Below the pieces are notes generated by a model. The model ran no database searches and had not been told where the DNA came from. It was given only the letters and a program-made list of their open reading frames with translations. A stretch of DNA of 64,000 bases. It comes from Patescibacteria group bacterium. Lineage in GTDB: Bacteria; Patescibacteriota; Minisyncoccia; Portnoybacterales; UBA2143. Position 1 is the first letter of the stretch. Each line of letters opens with the position of its first letter. This document shows, piece after piece, positions 34,923 to 45,469 of this stretch. The stretch is from the NCBI GenBank assembly GCA_018830295.1, contig JAHJSM010000001.1, positions 257,980-321,979 of the forward strand. Direction: 5' to 3'. A program made the translations under genes and the position numbers.

Positions 34923-37640
34923 TTAATTCTCCACAATTCTAACTTCCTCTTCTGTTAACCCATATAATTTATAAACTTTTTGGTTTATAATCTCATCAAT
35001 TTTTTGTATTTCTAATTCTGTTTCTTCGTATTCTTTGTCGTCCATAATTGGATGGAGTTTTTGGAGTTCTTCGCTTAGTTTTAACATTTTGTCGGCTAAT
35101 TTTACTAATTCGTTGTGTTTGGCTTTTTCTTTTTTGTCGGAAAAATCAATTTTGTAAATCGGAATTTGCGAGGTATAGATTTTTTTAAATCTTAAAAAAC
35201 CGCCGCTTACATGTGTATCTTCAAATCTTTGTTTAAAATAAAAATCTATCAGTTTAGAGTTAATGATAGCCAAAATATATTTTAAGTCATAATCAAGCCC
35301 AATGGGCTGAATAGAATAAAGCGTGTTGACCGAATAATAACCCTCATCGTCAAAAACAGCTTCTGGAAACTTTGAAATATCCCTTAACAAAATTTTTGGC
35401 TTTTCAAAATAACTTTCTGCGCACAAATTGGCATATTCCCCCTTGTTTTTATCTATCAAACTTTTGTCGTATCTGACATATTTACCATCCCATTTAAGCC
35501 AATATCTATGACAATCCCTGCCTGCCAATAATTTTTTGCAAGTATCATCAACTTTTTCGTTAACAATTAATTTGCTTCTTATGTTCCCCGTATGAATTGT
35601 CTCTTTAATTTCCGCAACTTCTCCTAATCGCAACGATTTTTTTTCAATTTTTTCAAAAAAATCTGGCTCTGTTTTAACAGTCAAATTTTTGTCTCGGCTT
35701 TTATTAATTTTATCTTGGTCAATTAGCACCTCGCCAGCATAAAGATTGGTTTCTTTTTCTATTTTGTATCCCTTAATTTTATGTCCTGAATTATTTTTGT
35801 CTTTTTGTAAAATAATGACATAGGGATAGGTGGACGCGTCCTTAAAAACCAGTAAATTAGAAACATCAACAATAGAAATAATTTTGCAGTTGTCTAAAAT
35901 ATATTCCCTTAATTTTTTTCCGTAATCAGCAATGGCGTATTTGTTGGAAGTAATAAATCCCAAATACCCGCCCTCTTTTAATAATTTAATGGACTGCTCA
36001 AAAAACAATTGATAAATGTCATATTGTCCAGCGGCTGAACAGTATTGTGCATCAAAATATTTTTTATCTTTTGTCTCTAAGTCCCTGTTTCTAATATACG
36101 GCGGGTTGCCGATGATTACATCAAAGCCGCCTTTTTTGAGGACATCGGGGAATTTTTCTTGCCAGTTGAACGGTCTTTTTTCTTTCCATTTTTTACCGAA
36201 ATATTTTTTGAGTTCTTTCTCCGTGCCTGAAATTAAAGAATTTCCGCGTTTAATATTGTAAGATAAATCCGGCAAAAGTTCGCGGAATTCCAGCGCCTTA
36301 ATCAATAAGTTGAGTTGGGCGATTTCAATCGCCTCCTCGTCTAAATCAACGCCATATATGTTTGAATTTAAAATAGAAATTTTGCGGATGTAATTAACTT
36401 CCGGCTTCGCTTCAATTTGATTATTTACTCTCTTGATGTGGCTATCCAAAACCTCAAACGCTTTAATTAGAAAAGACCCCGAGCCGCAAGCCGGGTCAAG
36501 AATTTTAATTTTCACCGCCTCATGCCCCGGCTTGTCTTTCAGCACTTCGCCTAATGTGTTTTTGATAATGTAATCAACAATGTAGCGAGGGGTATAATAA
36601 ATGCCTTGCGATTTTCTTTTACTATTCTTCTTTTCCTTTTTTTCCAGTTGAATCTTGCTTAAATATTGCTCGTAGACGCTACCTAAAATATCGGCGTTAA
36701 TTGACGCGAAATTATAGCGAATGCCTTTTTTGTTTTTATAAAATTCTCTAATTACTTCCGCTAAAAAATCGTCTTGATATTCCAAAATATCGCAAGTGTG
36801 CTCATCAAATAATTTACTATCGTAGATCTTCCGATAATACCCGAATAATTCCTTAATTTTCTGCCACAAAAAATCTGTTTTGTCTTGATTGTTTTCCCAG
36901 TTCCTAATCGCTTCGCGCAATTTTTGGTCTTCAATCCCCCTGTCCTCGGTGGTTCTGATAAAGATAAATCTGTTAAGCAGTTTTTGAACGCTCTCAATGA
37001 TTTGTTGGTTGCTAAATTTTTTGTCGTCGTTCCACCCTCTCAACTTATCAAATAAAATCCTTCTCCACTTTATTAAGTCGCTCGCTAATTGCTTATCAAC
37101 TGGCTCCCTTTTTGGTTTTTTGAAGTTCTCTTCGGCGTATTTATTCAACTCGCCTTTTTCAATGGACTCTTTGGATAGCCACCACAACCTCTTGTCGGTC
37201 AGATAATCTTTATATGGAATTTCAAAAAGCAAACTTTGCTCAATGTTTGGCTCGTCCCATTCTGCGTTAAAAACCTTGATTGACTCAAAATCCGTTAGAA
37301 TCGCCCAAGAAATACTTTTATGCCAAGCATACATTACCGCCTGCTCCGACCATTTTTCCTCGCGCAAATCAACTTCTATCTTTTTGGCTTCCACGAAAAA
37401 TTTTATTACTCCGTCAACATTAAAGGCGTAATCAACTCTTTTGCCGGAAACCTGTTTTTCGGAAATAACTTCATTTTTGGAAAAACTATTATAAACATCC
37501 CAGCCCAAAGATTGAAAAAGAGGCAAGATAAAATCCTTGCAAGTCATTGACTCGTTATATTTCTTGCGTTGCGCGGCAGTCAGCACTTCATATCTGCCTA
37601 TCAATTTTTCTATTTGTTTGACACCTTCTTGCTTATCCAT
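34923..37640 (-). CDS. Type IIG restriction-modification enzyme (nuclease + N6-MTase + target recognition domain)
   Basis: E..VD..VEAKK nuclease motif, GIYYTP, DPACGSG, GNPPY, TaqI-C-like C-terminus. Confidence 0.92.
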   Translation of the reverse strand: MDKQEGVKQIEKLIGRYEVLTAAQRKKYNESMTCKDFILPLFQSLGWDVYNSFSKNEVISEKQVSGKRVDYAFNVDGVIKFFVEAKKIEVDLREEKWSEQAVMYAWHKSISWAILTDFESIKVFNAEWDEPNIEQSLLFEIPYKDYLTDKRLWWLSKESIEKGELNKYAEENFKKPKREPVDKQLASDLIKWRRILFDKLRGWNDDKKFSNQQIIESVQKLLNRFIFIRTTEDRGIEDQKLREAIRNWENNQDKTDFLWQKIKELFGYYRKIYDSKLFDEHTCDILEYQDDFLAEVIREFYKNKKGIRYNFASINADILGSVYEQYLSKIQLEKKEKKNSKRKSQGIYYTPRYIVDYIIKNTLGEVLKDKPGHEAVKIKILDPACGSGSFLIKAFEVLDSHIKRVNNQIEAKPEVNYIRKISILNSNIYGVDLDEEAIEIAQLNLLIKALEFRELLPDLSYNIKRGNSLISGTEKELKKYFGKKWKEKRPFNWQEKFPDVLKKGGFDVIIGNPPYIRNRDLETKDKKYFDAQYCSAAGQYDIYQLFFEQSIKLLKEGGYLGFITSNKYAIADYGKKLREYILDNCKIISIVDVSNLLVFKDASTYPYVIILQKDKNNSGHKIKGYKIEKETNLYAGEVLIDQDKINKSRDKNLTVKTEPDFFEKIEKKSLRLGEVAEIKETIHTGNIRSKLIVNEKVDDTCKKLLAGRDCHRYWLKWDGKYVRYDKSLIDKNKGEYANLCAESYFEKPKILLRDISKFPEAVFDDEGYYSVNTLYSIQPIGLDYDLKYILAIINSKLIDFYFKQRFEDTHVSGGFLRFKKIYTSQIPIYKIDFSDKKEKAKHNELVKLADKMLKLSEELQKLHPIMDDKEYEETELEIQKIDEIINQKVYKLYGLTEEEVRIVEN

Positions 37641-37813
37641 AGTTAATCTTAACGAGGTTCGACCTACGAGCGCGACCTTAAGAAATGTCGCTACTCTTTA
37701 TGTCAAACCTCTTTGCTTACCATCCCATCCCCCTCATTTTACCCCAACCGACAAGACAAATCAATCAAAAAACCCGCTTGGGGGGCGGGCAAAAAATACC
37801 AGCTAAAACTAAA

Positions 37814-38860
37814 CTATTCCCAATTCACTTCCTGCCCCGGCTCCACAATTTCTATCCATGTCTGTCCCGGGACGAAAGGAATTTCTTCGCCGCTATTTTT
37901 ATCTAAAAAATATAATTTGCTGGACGGATCGCTCGCGTCTTTTTCCCAAAAACAAGGAATAACTTCGCCGTTTTGATAAACAACGCATTCACCCTCGCCC
38001 TCAATATCCAAATCATTATAATCAGGTCCCTCAATCTGCCGAGAAAAAGCCCGCATCACCACAACATTTTTAGCAGCAATCTGCTGGTTATTACTTCTGT
38101 CCATCTCCTTCTCCCCCGCCCGCCAACGCGAATACAAATTAGTCCCCGAATCATATTGATACAACACATCATAAGGATAAGCATACCCAATCTTTAACAC
38201 GCCATCTGTTCGGCTATCGGATAGCCGAACGGGCGTTTCTTGAAAAAGGTATCCCTTAAAATTATTTTCCAAACGATAACCCATTTTTTGAGAACTGCTC
38301 ATCATTCTTTCCATTGAAGTAAATCCGTTGTGCGGCTTGGGGATTTCGTTTTTACGGAAAAAAACATTATACGCGTCTTTTAAGGCATCAATGTTATCCA
38401 TTACTCCCGCATCCAATTGGTCCAAAGCGAAATGCGAACCTCCCCAATGAACCAAAATAGCGTCCAACCCGAGCGCCAAGGGAATAAAATCGTGGCGCGC
38501 GCTTCGCAAAGAGCCAATCTCGTCAGGCGATTCACAGAGATAAACAGCGATAAGGCGAGTAATACTACCTGTGATAACAGGCATTTCTAAAACCAAATCG
38601 GCTTGCGAAAGGCCTGTCAAAGGTCGCGCCACCGGGTCATTCGCCATCACCACCGCAAAAGGACGCCTTTGATAATTTTGACAAGATAACCCGCTTAAGG
38701 GGCTAAATCCCTCTCCCGCTAATTCCGCCCGCTCTGTTAGATTATTGGATTGCCTCTCTATCTCAATCGTCCGCCCGCTTAACTGCCAAACAAAAATAAG
38801 CCCCAAAAGGGCTAAACAAAAAATCGCTATAAATAAAACATATTTATTCTTCGCAAACAT
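37814..38860 (-). CDS. DUF3048 (YerB-like) protein
   Basis: TM anchor, RPFAVV..N...ARP..GLSQAD, TRL, RSAR, HWGGS, PHN. Confidence 0.85.
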   Translation of the reverse strand: MFAKNKYVLFIAIFCLALLGLIFVWQLSGRTIEIERQSNNLTERAELAGEGFSPLSGLSCQNYQRRPFAVVMANDPVARPLTGLSQADLVLEMPVITGSITRLIAVYLCESPDEIGSLRSARHDFIPLALGLDAILVHWGGSHFALDQLDAGVMDNIDALKDAYNVFFRKNEIPKPHNGFTSMERMMSSSQKMGYRLENNFKGYLFQETPVRLSDSRTDGVLKIGYAYPYDVLYQYDSGTNLYSRWRAGEKEMDRSNNQQIAAKNVVVMRAFSRQIEGPDYNDLDIEGEGECVVYQNGEVIPCFWEKDASDPSSKLYFLDKNSGEEIPFVPGQTWIEIVEPGQEVNWE

Positions 38861-38869
38861 AGATTATTT

Positions 38870-39307
38870 TTACCCCTGCTTCTTCTTTAATATCATCTTC
38901 GCTTTCTGAATAATCTCGTCTGGCGTAAAATGGGCCTTAATTAAATAATCATCAGCTCCCAGACGAATCCCTCTCTCAACCTCTCCTTGTTGCCCTAAAT
39001 TGCTTAAAATAATGATCGCAATCCCGTCCATTTGACGATTTTCCTTGACCTGTTTCAAAACCTCAAAGCCATCTATCCCCGGTAGGACCAAATCCAGTAA
39101 AATCAATTGAGGCATTTGTTCTTTTATTTTTTTAAGCGCTTCCTCTCCATTCACCGCGAACGAAACATTAAACCCTGTATTTTCTAATTTGCGGACCAAA
39201 AGCTCCCTCAAAAACTTGTCGTCTTCAACAATAAGAACTGATATTCCCTTCCCTCCGTTATTTTGCTCTTGATCGTCTTGATTGTAATTCTCTAAATGAT
39301 TGGTCAT
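38870..39307 (-). CDS. single-domain response regulator
   Basis: IVEDD, LLDLVLPGIDGF, SN, GADDYLIK. Confidence 0.93.
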   Translation of the reverse strand: MTNHLENYNQDDQEQNNGGKGISVLIVEDDKFLRELLVRKLENTGFNVSFAVNGEEALKKIKEQMPQLILLDLVLPGIDGFEVLKQVKENRQMDGIAIIILSNLGQQGEVERGIRLGADDYLIKAHFTPDEIIQKAKMILKKKQG

Positions 39308-39327
39308 AATAAAGGTCTCCTTTTTTG

Positions 39328-39693
39328 TTATTTTAAATATTTTTCTATTTTACTAGCCACTTCCTGCGGATTAAAGTCGGTCTTAATGAGCCAATCAACA
39401 GCCCCTAATTTTTTAATTCTGCTTAATTCCACGGGTTGACCTGAATTAGAAATGATAATAACTGGAATATTTTTCAACTTATCGTCCTGATTTAATTCTT
39501 CCATTACCTCAAAACCTCCCTTTTTGGGCATAACAATGTCAAGCAAAATCAAATCTGGCAGTTCCTCTTTGATTTTGTCTATCCCCTCCTGCCCGTCCAT
39601 AGCGGTAATAACCTCATAACCATCCTGAATTAACTTCTCTTTTAGAAGTTCAAGCAAAATCCTTTCGTCCTCAATAATAATAATTTTTTTCAT
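39328..39693 (-). CDS. single-domain response regulator
   Basis: IEDE, LLDIVMP, ISN, LIK. Confidence 0.93.
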   Translation of the reverse strand: MKKIIIIEDERILLELLKEKLIQDGYEVITAMDGQEGIDKIKEELPDLILLDIVMPKKGGFEVMEELNQDDKLKNIPVIIISNSGQPVELSRIKKLGAVDWLIKTDFNPQEVASKIEKYLK

Positions 39694-39710
39694 ATAAGTT
39701 TATTAATTAA

Positions 39711-40907
39711 TTACAATTTTGAATTAAGAGGAATAGTAAAGTAGAAAGCAGTTCCCTCATTTTCCTTGCTTTCAAACCAAATCTTGCCGTTATGCGCGTT
39801 AATAATGTTCTTGCAAATAAATAAGCCCAACCCAGTTCCTTCTGTTTCCATTTTAACGACATTATTCGCTCTGAAAAACTTCGTAAAAATACGCGACTGT
39901 TGTTCTTTCGGAATTCCCACCCCGGTATCTTTAATCATTACCTTCGCGCTAATTTTATCATATCCGATTGAAATTGTCACCTTGCCGCCTGGGTCAGTAA
40001 ATCTAATCGCGTTGTCTAATAAATTTTGGAACACCAGCTCCATTTTTTTCCTGTCTGCCTTAACTTCTTTTGATGAGCCATCTTTTAGTTCATTGAAAAC
40101 AATTTCGATATCCCTTTTTTTGGCTATTCCACCTAAAATAGCGATATTTTTTCGCGCGATATCTTCCAAAAAAAGAAGAGACGGCTCATAAATAAAGCGG
40201 CCTTCTTCAATATGCGCCACATTTAACAAATCGTTAATTAAAAGAATCATCCTTTCGTTGCTTTGATATCCTCTTTCTAAAAAGTCAATTTGTTCTTTTG
40301 AAAGTTTGCCGACATCTCCGTCCAAAAGCATCCGCAAAATCCACTTGATCGCCGAAAGAGGCGTTCTCAATTGATGCGCCGCGATAGAAACAAATTCCGT
40401 CTTCATATGGCTGATTTCTTCCTCGCGAGTAATATCCTGAAAAACAACCATAAGACCAACCTCTTCTCCCGCGACCACAACGGGAGTGATTGAAACATAA
40501 AAATATCTTTTCAATAAGCCATCTAATGTTAATTCGTATCTTCTCCCCGTCCATTCTATTTCCCCTCCCAACGCGCGATAAAGTTTATCTAAATTGGGAT
40601 ATCCAGAAATCTCGTTTATTGTTTTGTTTAAAACATTTTTTTCTTTTAATTCTAAGACCTTTTCGGCGACGGGATTAACCAAAGTAATTTTTTTTTCTTT
40701 ATCAAAGACGATCAGGCCGTCCGCTAAACTAATCAAAGCTGCCCTTGTTTTGTTTTTTTCTTCCTCAAACTTTTTTTCTGCCTCTTTCGTTTTTTCTAAT
40801 GTTTTAATTAGAGTCACTTTCGCTTTTTCTAATTCATCGCATTTTTTTAGAATCTTTTCTTCCAGATCCTTTAGTTTCTTCTTTGAATTGTTTTCTTTTT
40901 GTAGCAT
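39711..40907 (-). CDS. soluble PAS-domain histidine kinase
   Basis: coiled coil, PAS, AHQLRTP, NLLDNA, DTGVG, GTGLGL. Confidence 0.93.
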   Translation of the reverse strand: MLQKENNSKKKLKDLEEKILKKCDELEKAKVTLIKTLEKTKEAEKKFEEEKNKTRAALISLADGLIVFDKEKKITLVNPVAEKVLELKEKNVLNKTINEISGYPNLDKLYRALGGEIEWTGRRYELTLDGLLKRYFYVSITPVVVAGEEVGLMVVFQDITREEEISHMKTEFVSIAAHQLRTPLSAIKWILRMLLDGDVGKLSKEQIDFLERGYQSNERMILLINDLLNVAHIEEGRFIYEPSLLFLEDIARKNIAILGGIAKKRDIEIVFNELKDGSSKEVKADRKKMELVFQNLLDNAIRFTDPGGKVTISIGYDKISAKVMIKDTGVGIPKEQQSRIFTKFFRANNVVKMETEGTGLGLFICKNIINAHNGKIWFESKENEGTAFYFTIPLNSKL

Positions 40908-40920
40908 ATAATTTAAAATA

Positions 40921-41787
40921 TTATACCATAGGAATCCTATCTATTAAACTTTTAAATCCCCAGCCCTCTAATAATGCCTCAATCTTTTCAAGATTAAATT
41001 TCCCAAAACGGCATTTTTCTAAATCAAAATCAATCGAAATATCTTTTTTAATTTCTGACAAACGGCGGCTAAAAAACGCTTCATCTTTGTATTCCAGCAA
41101 TCTCGCTTTTAATTTCGGGTTTAAGTCGCTCCCTCCTAAATTATGATAAAGATTTTCAAGCGAGTCAAATTTTTGAATTAACCCGACCGCCGTTTTTTCT
41201 CCAATGCCAGGCACACCTGGAATATTATCCGAAGAATCACCCTTTAGGCCTCTAAAATCAACCAATTGAGACGGGACCAAACCGTACCGCTCTTTGATCA
41301 TCTCTTCGTCATAAACGACCGTATCCTTAATACCTTTTTTGAGAGTGTAAATTTCTGTTTGACCATTCGCCAACTGAAGCAAATCAAGGTCGCCGCTCAC
41401 GATAATGTTTCTTACTTTTTTGTCTTTCGTTTTTTGGATAATTGTTCCAATTAGGTCGTCCGCTTCAAAACCTTTTTGTTCAAAAATGGGAATAGACAAA
41501 GAAGTAACCAACTCTTTAACCAAAGGAATTTGGTCATAAAACTCTTGCGGCTGTTTAACTCGTTTGGCTTTATACTCTTTATATTCCAAATCGCGAAAAG
41601 TCGGACCCGCCAAATCAAAAGCAACCGCCAAATAATCAGGCGCCAATTCCTTAATCACCCGAAAAAGAATGCTCGCGAACCCATAAACAGCGTTAACCAA
41701 CTTACCTTCCTTTGTCTTAAAAGGAGGCAAAGCATGATAAGCCCGATGAATCAAAGCATTCCCGTCAATAATTACAAATTTTCTCAT
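40921..41787 (-). CDS. stand-alone 5'-3' exonuclease (PolA N-terminal domain)
   Basis: IDGN...RAYHA, YKAKR, EADD, GD.SDNIPGVPGIGEKTA; no polymerase domain. Confidence 0.92.
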   Translation of the reverse strand: MRKFVIIDGNALIHRAYHALPPFKTKEGKLVNAVYGFASILFRVIKELAPDYLAVAFDLAGPTFRDLEYKEYKAKRVKQPQEFYDQIPLVKELVTSLSIPIFEQKGFEADDLIGTIIQKTKDKKVRNIIVSGDLDLLQLANGQTEIYTLKKGIKDTVVYDEEMIKERYGLVPSQLVDFRGLKGDSSDNIPGVPGIGEKTAVGLIQKFDSLENLYHNLGGSDLNPKLKARLLEYKDEAFFSRRLSEIKKDISIDFDLEKCRFGKFNLEKIEALLEGWGFKSLIDRIPMV

Positions 41788-42218
41788 AAAATTATTTTCC
41801 TCTTATCCTCCCCCAAATGCTCAAACTTAATCCGCGGGGCGTTTTTTAATATTTTTTTCGCTCTTTCCGCCCATTCAATCACGATGATATTTTGGGGATT
41901 TTCCGCGATTTCCTTAAATCCTAAATCTATTAAATCATCCGCCTGAACGCGATAACAGTCAATATGATAAAGACAGCGAACGGTTTTTGGTATTTTATAT
42001 TTTTTTAAAATTACAAAGGTTGGACTGGTGATTTTTCCTTTTATTCCCAACCCCTTTGCCGTTCCCTGAATAAACGATGTCTTCCCGCTTCCTAAATCTC
42101 CTTCCATCCCAATAATTAAAGCGCCCTCGCTTTTTGTCTTCAGAATTTCTTCCGCCAAAATTTTCCCCAACCTCTTCGTCTCCGCCGCGCTATGAGTAAT
42201 AATTTCTTTGCTCTTCAT
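41784..42218 (-). CDS. tsaE: t6A biosynthesis ATPase TsaE
   Basis: GDLGSGKT, SPTF, HIDCYR, IEWA. Confidence 0.95.
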   Translation of the reverse strand: MKSKEIITHSAAETKRLGKILAEEILKTKSEGALIIGMEGDLGSGKTSFIQGTAKGLGIKGKITSPTFVILKKYKIPKTVRCLYHIDCYRVQADDLIDLGFKEIAENPQNIIVIEWAERAKKILKNAPRIKFEHLGEDKRKIIL

Positions 42219-42272
42219 TTTTTAAGTATAGCATATTTGACCCAAAACCAAAAAAAAGATAAAATAAGAAAC

Positions 42273-45266
42273 ATGACTTCAAATATTTCTCAAGAAAACA
42301 CATTAGTAGAAAAAATGGATGTTATTAGGCGGCAAGCCGAAGAAAAAAGAGCGGAAGATTTGGCTAAAAAACTTAATCTTCCTTATGTTAATTTAAACAT
42401 CACGCCAATTGATTCGCAAGACCTACTTATTATCCCAAAAGAAAAAGCCAAAGAAGGAATAATGGTTGTTATGAAAAAAGCCGGACGCGTTCTTCAAATC
42501 GCCGTTCAGGACCCTGAAAATACGAGAACGATTCAAGTTATAGAAGAACTTAAAAAACAAAATTTTGATTGTCATCTATTTGTTGTTTCTTTGACTGGAC
42601 TTAAAAAAGCATGGAATCGTTATGAACTCATACCTCAAGAAACCACCGATCTTCGAGGGCTCCTTATTATCCAACAACAAGAATTAAACAAATTTGAAAA
42701 ATCACTTGAAACAATTCAAGATCTGAAAAAAGCAGTTCATGATTTATCTACGACTCAGCTTTTAGCAATTTTAATCGCCGGCGCTATAAAAATGAAAGCG
42801 TCTGACATTCACTTTGAGCCCTCCAAAGACAACACTAAATTAAGATACCGCATTGACGGAATACTCCAAAATATTACTGATTTTCCGACAGAAAATTACC
42901 TTTCTCTTTTATTTAGAATTAAAACATTGTCAGATATGCTCTTGAATGTTCATGATATCAGCCAAGATGGACGATTTTCAGTTAGAATCTCTGATGACGA
43001 TAAAATAATCAAAATCATTGATTTGAGAATTTCCGTTTTGCCGAGCGGATATGGAGAAAGCGTCGTAATACGGCTTTTGGGATCGTCAGCCGTAGAGTTA
43101 AGCATAAGTGATGTTGGTATCAGACCAGAATTATTCGAAACAGTTAAAAGTCAAATTACCCGTCCGCACGGAATGGTTTTAACCACAGGACCGACTGGCT
43201 CGGGAAAAACAACCACCCTCTACGCCTGCCTTAATTATATTAATAAGCCAGGCAACAAAATCATCACCGTTGAAGACCCGATTGAATACCGCCTCGCGGG
43301 AATTACTCAAACCCAAATCAACAAACGCAAAGGACAGGACTTTACCCAAGCGCTCAAGGCGGTTGTTCGCCAAGACCCAGACGCTTTAATGGTCGGAGAA
43401 ATCAGAGATAACGAAAGCGCGGAAATTGCCATTCGCTTCGCTTTAACGGGGCATTTGGTTTTTTCCACGCTTCACACTAATGACGCCGCCGGCGCTATCC
43501 CGCGACTGATAGATATGGGCGTCAAACCATCCTTTGTTCCTGCGGCGGTTAATTTGATTATCGGCCAGCGACTGGTCAGAAAACTTTGCCCTAAATGCAA
43601 AGAGCCCTACAAGCCGACTTCTGAAGAAATAGAAATAACTAAAAAAATATTTTCTCTAATTTCTCCAAGGTCTGGCATAGATATTCCTAAAAAAATAACG
43701 ACATTTTATAAGTCCGTCGGATGCCGCGCGTGCCATGGTTTGGGATATAAGGGACGACTCGGAGTTTTTGAATTTTTCACCATTAGCGACACAATTGAAA
43801 AACTAATTATTGAAAAAGCCACCTCGCTTGAATTAAACGCCAAGGCGATGGAAGAAGGAATGGTAACTCTCATGCAAGACGCGATGCTCCGCGTAGTTGA
43901 AGGAATAACAACTATTGAAGAAATACAACGAGTTATTGGTTCGCCTCAATATATTGAACAACTTTATGGCAAAGCAATTATGTCGATGTTGACCAGGGCG
44001 CTGGTTATTAGTAAAAAAGCCGACGATTGGGCGAAAGAACTAAATTTAGACAGGAAAAAAATACAAGCAAAAATTGATCAAGTTAAAATGGAAGAATTGG
44101 TTGAATGGTTATCAGCGGCCGCTCTGCAATTGAACGCCTCTGACATCCACATGGAGGCCGATGAAAATGTTTTCAGGATTCGATTGAGAGTAGACGGTGT
44201 TCTTGAAGAAGTGGCGGAAATCCAAAAAGAATTATTCCTGCCAATGGTGGCTGAAATCAAAGAATTGGCGGGAATGCAAATATCCGTCCATAAAAGAGCG
44301 CAAGACGGTCGATTTAAAATAGAATACCCCGATGGAAAATCGTATGACACTCGGGTCTCGGTTATCCCAAGCGGTTATGGAGAGTCCGTTATTATCCGCC
44401 TCCTTAAATCCGATGTCTCTGTTTTATCATTAAAAGAAATCGGGTTTAGAGAAGAACAATTAGAAACGATTGAAAAAATCATCAAATCGCCTAACGGTAT
44501 TGTTTTTGTCACCGGACCGACCAGCGCCGGCAAAACAACGACTCTTTATTCAATTCTCTCGCGACTTAACCGTCCTGAAGTAAAAATCTTCACCATTGAA
44601 GACCCGATTGAATACCGCTTGAGCGGCGTCATTCAAACGCAAGTAAGCGTTGAAGAGGGATACACTTTTCTTGAGGCCTTAAGAGCGTTATTAAGACAGA
44701 ACCCGAATATTATTATGCTTGGAGAAACAAGAGACGCTGAAACGGCTCAAGCGGCTATTCAGGCATCTTTAACGGGACACTTGGTTTTAACTACTCTCCA
44801 TACCAACAGCGCTGTTGAAACAATCCAACGGCTGGTAAACCTTGGTATTAAGCCAACCGATGTTGGATCTTCTTTAAGGGCAGCCATCGCCCAGCGGCTA
44901 GTCAAAAAACTTTGCCAAAAATGCAAAAAACCAACTAAAATTTCTCCTGAAATTATGGCAAAAGTTGAAGCAGAGATTAAAGCAATGCCCGCTTCTTATA
45001 GGAATAAAATTAAAGAAATTAAACTATATCAACCAGGACAATGCGATGAATGTAATCAAAAGGGGTATAAAGGACAAGTCGTTTTGTTTGAAATTTTAGA
45101 CGCCGATGAAGAAATAAGAGAGAAAATCATTTCTTTAGCCAGCGCCGCCGAAATAGAAGAAGCAGCCAAAAGCAAAGGGATGCTAACTCTCTACCAAGAC
45201 GGTCTCTTGAAGGCGTTAGAAGGTTTAATTACTTATGAGGACTTAGAACGAACCGTCGGGGAATAA
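42273..45266 (+). CDS. PilB/GspE-type assembly ATPase with two tandem ATPase modules
   Basis: two sets of ASDIH, QDGR, Walker A (GPTGSGKT; GPTSAGKT), EDPIEY, GE.RD, TGHLV, CxxC...CxxC. Confidence 0.92.
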   Translation: MTSNISQENTLVEKMDVIRRQAEEKRAEDLAKKLNLPYVNLNITPIDSQDLLIIPKEKAKEGIMVVMKKAGRVLQIAVQDPENTRTIQVIEELKKQNFDCHLFVVSLTGLKKAWNRYELIPQETTDLRGLLIIQQQELNKFEKSLETIQDLKKAVHDLSTTQLLAILIAGAIKMKASDIHFEPSKDNTKLRYRIDGILQNITDFPTENYLSLLFRIKTLSDMLLNVHDISQDGRFSVRISDDDKIIKIIDLRISVLPSGYGESVVIRLLGSSAVELSISDVGIRPELFETVKSQITRPHGMVLTTGPTGSGKTTTLYACLNYINKPGNKIITVEDPIEYRLAGITQTQINKRKGQDFTQALKAVVRQDPDALMVGEIRDNESAEIAIRFALTGHLVFSTLHTNDAAGAIPRLIDMGVKPSFVPAAVNLIIGQRLVRKLCPKCKEPYKPTSEEIEITKKIFSLISPRSGIDIPKKITTFYKSVGCRACHGLGYKGRLGVFEFFTISDTIEKLIIEKATSLELNAKAMEEGMVTLMQDAMLRVVEGITTIEEIQRVIGSPQYIEQLYGKAIMSMLTRALVISKKADDWAKELNLDRKKIQAKIDQVKMEELVEWLSAAALQLNASDIHMEADENVFRIRLRVDGVLEEVAEIQKELFLPMVAEIKELAGMQISVHKRAQDGRFKIEYPDGKSYDTRVSVIPSGYGESVIIRLLKSDVSVLSLKEIGFREEQLETIEKIIKSPNGIVFVTGPTSAGKTTTLYSILSRLNRPEVKIFTIEDPIEYRLSGVIQTQVSVEEGYTFLEALRALLRQNPNIIMLGETRDAETAQAAIQASLTGHLVLTTLHTNSAVETIQRLVNLGIKPTDVGSSLRAAIAQRLVKKLCQKCKKPTKISPEIMAKVEAEIKAMPASYRNKIKEIKLYQPGQCDECNQKGYKGQVVLFEILDADEEIREKIISLASAAEIEEAAKSKGMLTLYQDGLLKALEGLITYEDLERTVGE

Positions 45267-45463
45267 AAATAGCCCCCATTAGTCCGCGGGCAAAGCTCCC
45301 TGCCTGAGAACAGAGAGAAAGATTCTTCCGAGGAGCGCTTCAGTCGGAACCAAGGCGTCCAAAATCTAAGAGAAAATCCCAAAGAGTTCTATAGTAATAT
45401 AAAACTCTATTACCCGCAGACTAAAAAGGGCTATCTAAAGACCTCCCTTAGGAGGCCTATATT
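45264..45463 (-). ncRNA. candidate ~200-nt rod-like ncRNA (6S-like?)
   Basis: own promoter, long interrupted closing stem 45269-45434, U-run end, no ORF. Confidence 0.5.
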
Positions 45464-45469
45464 GCCCGT

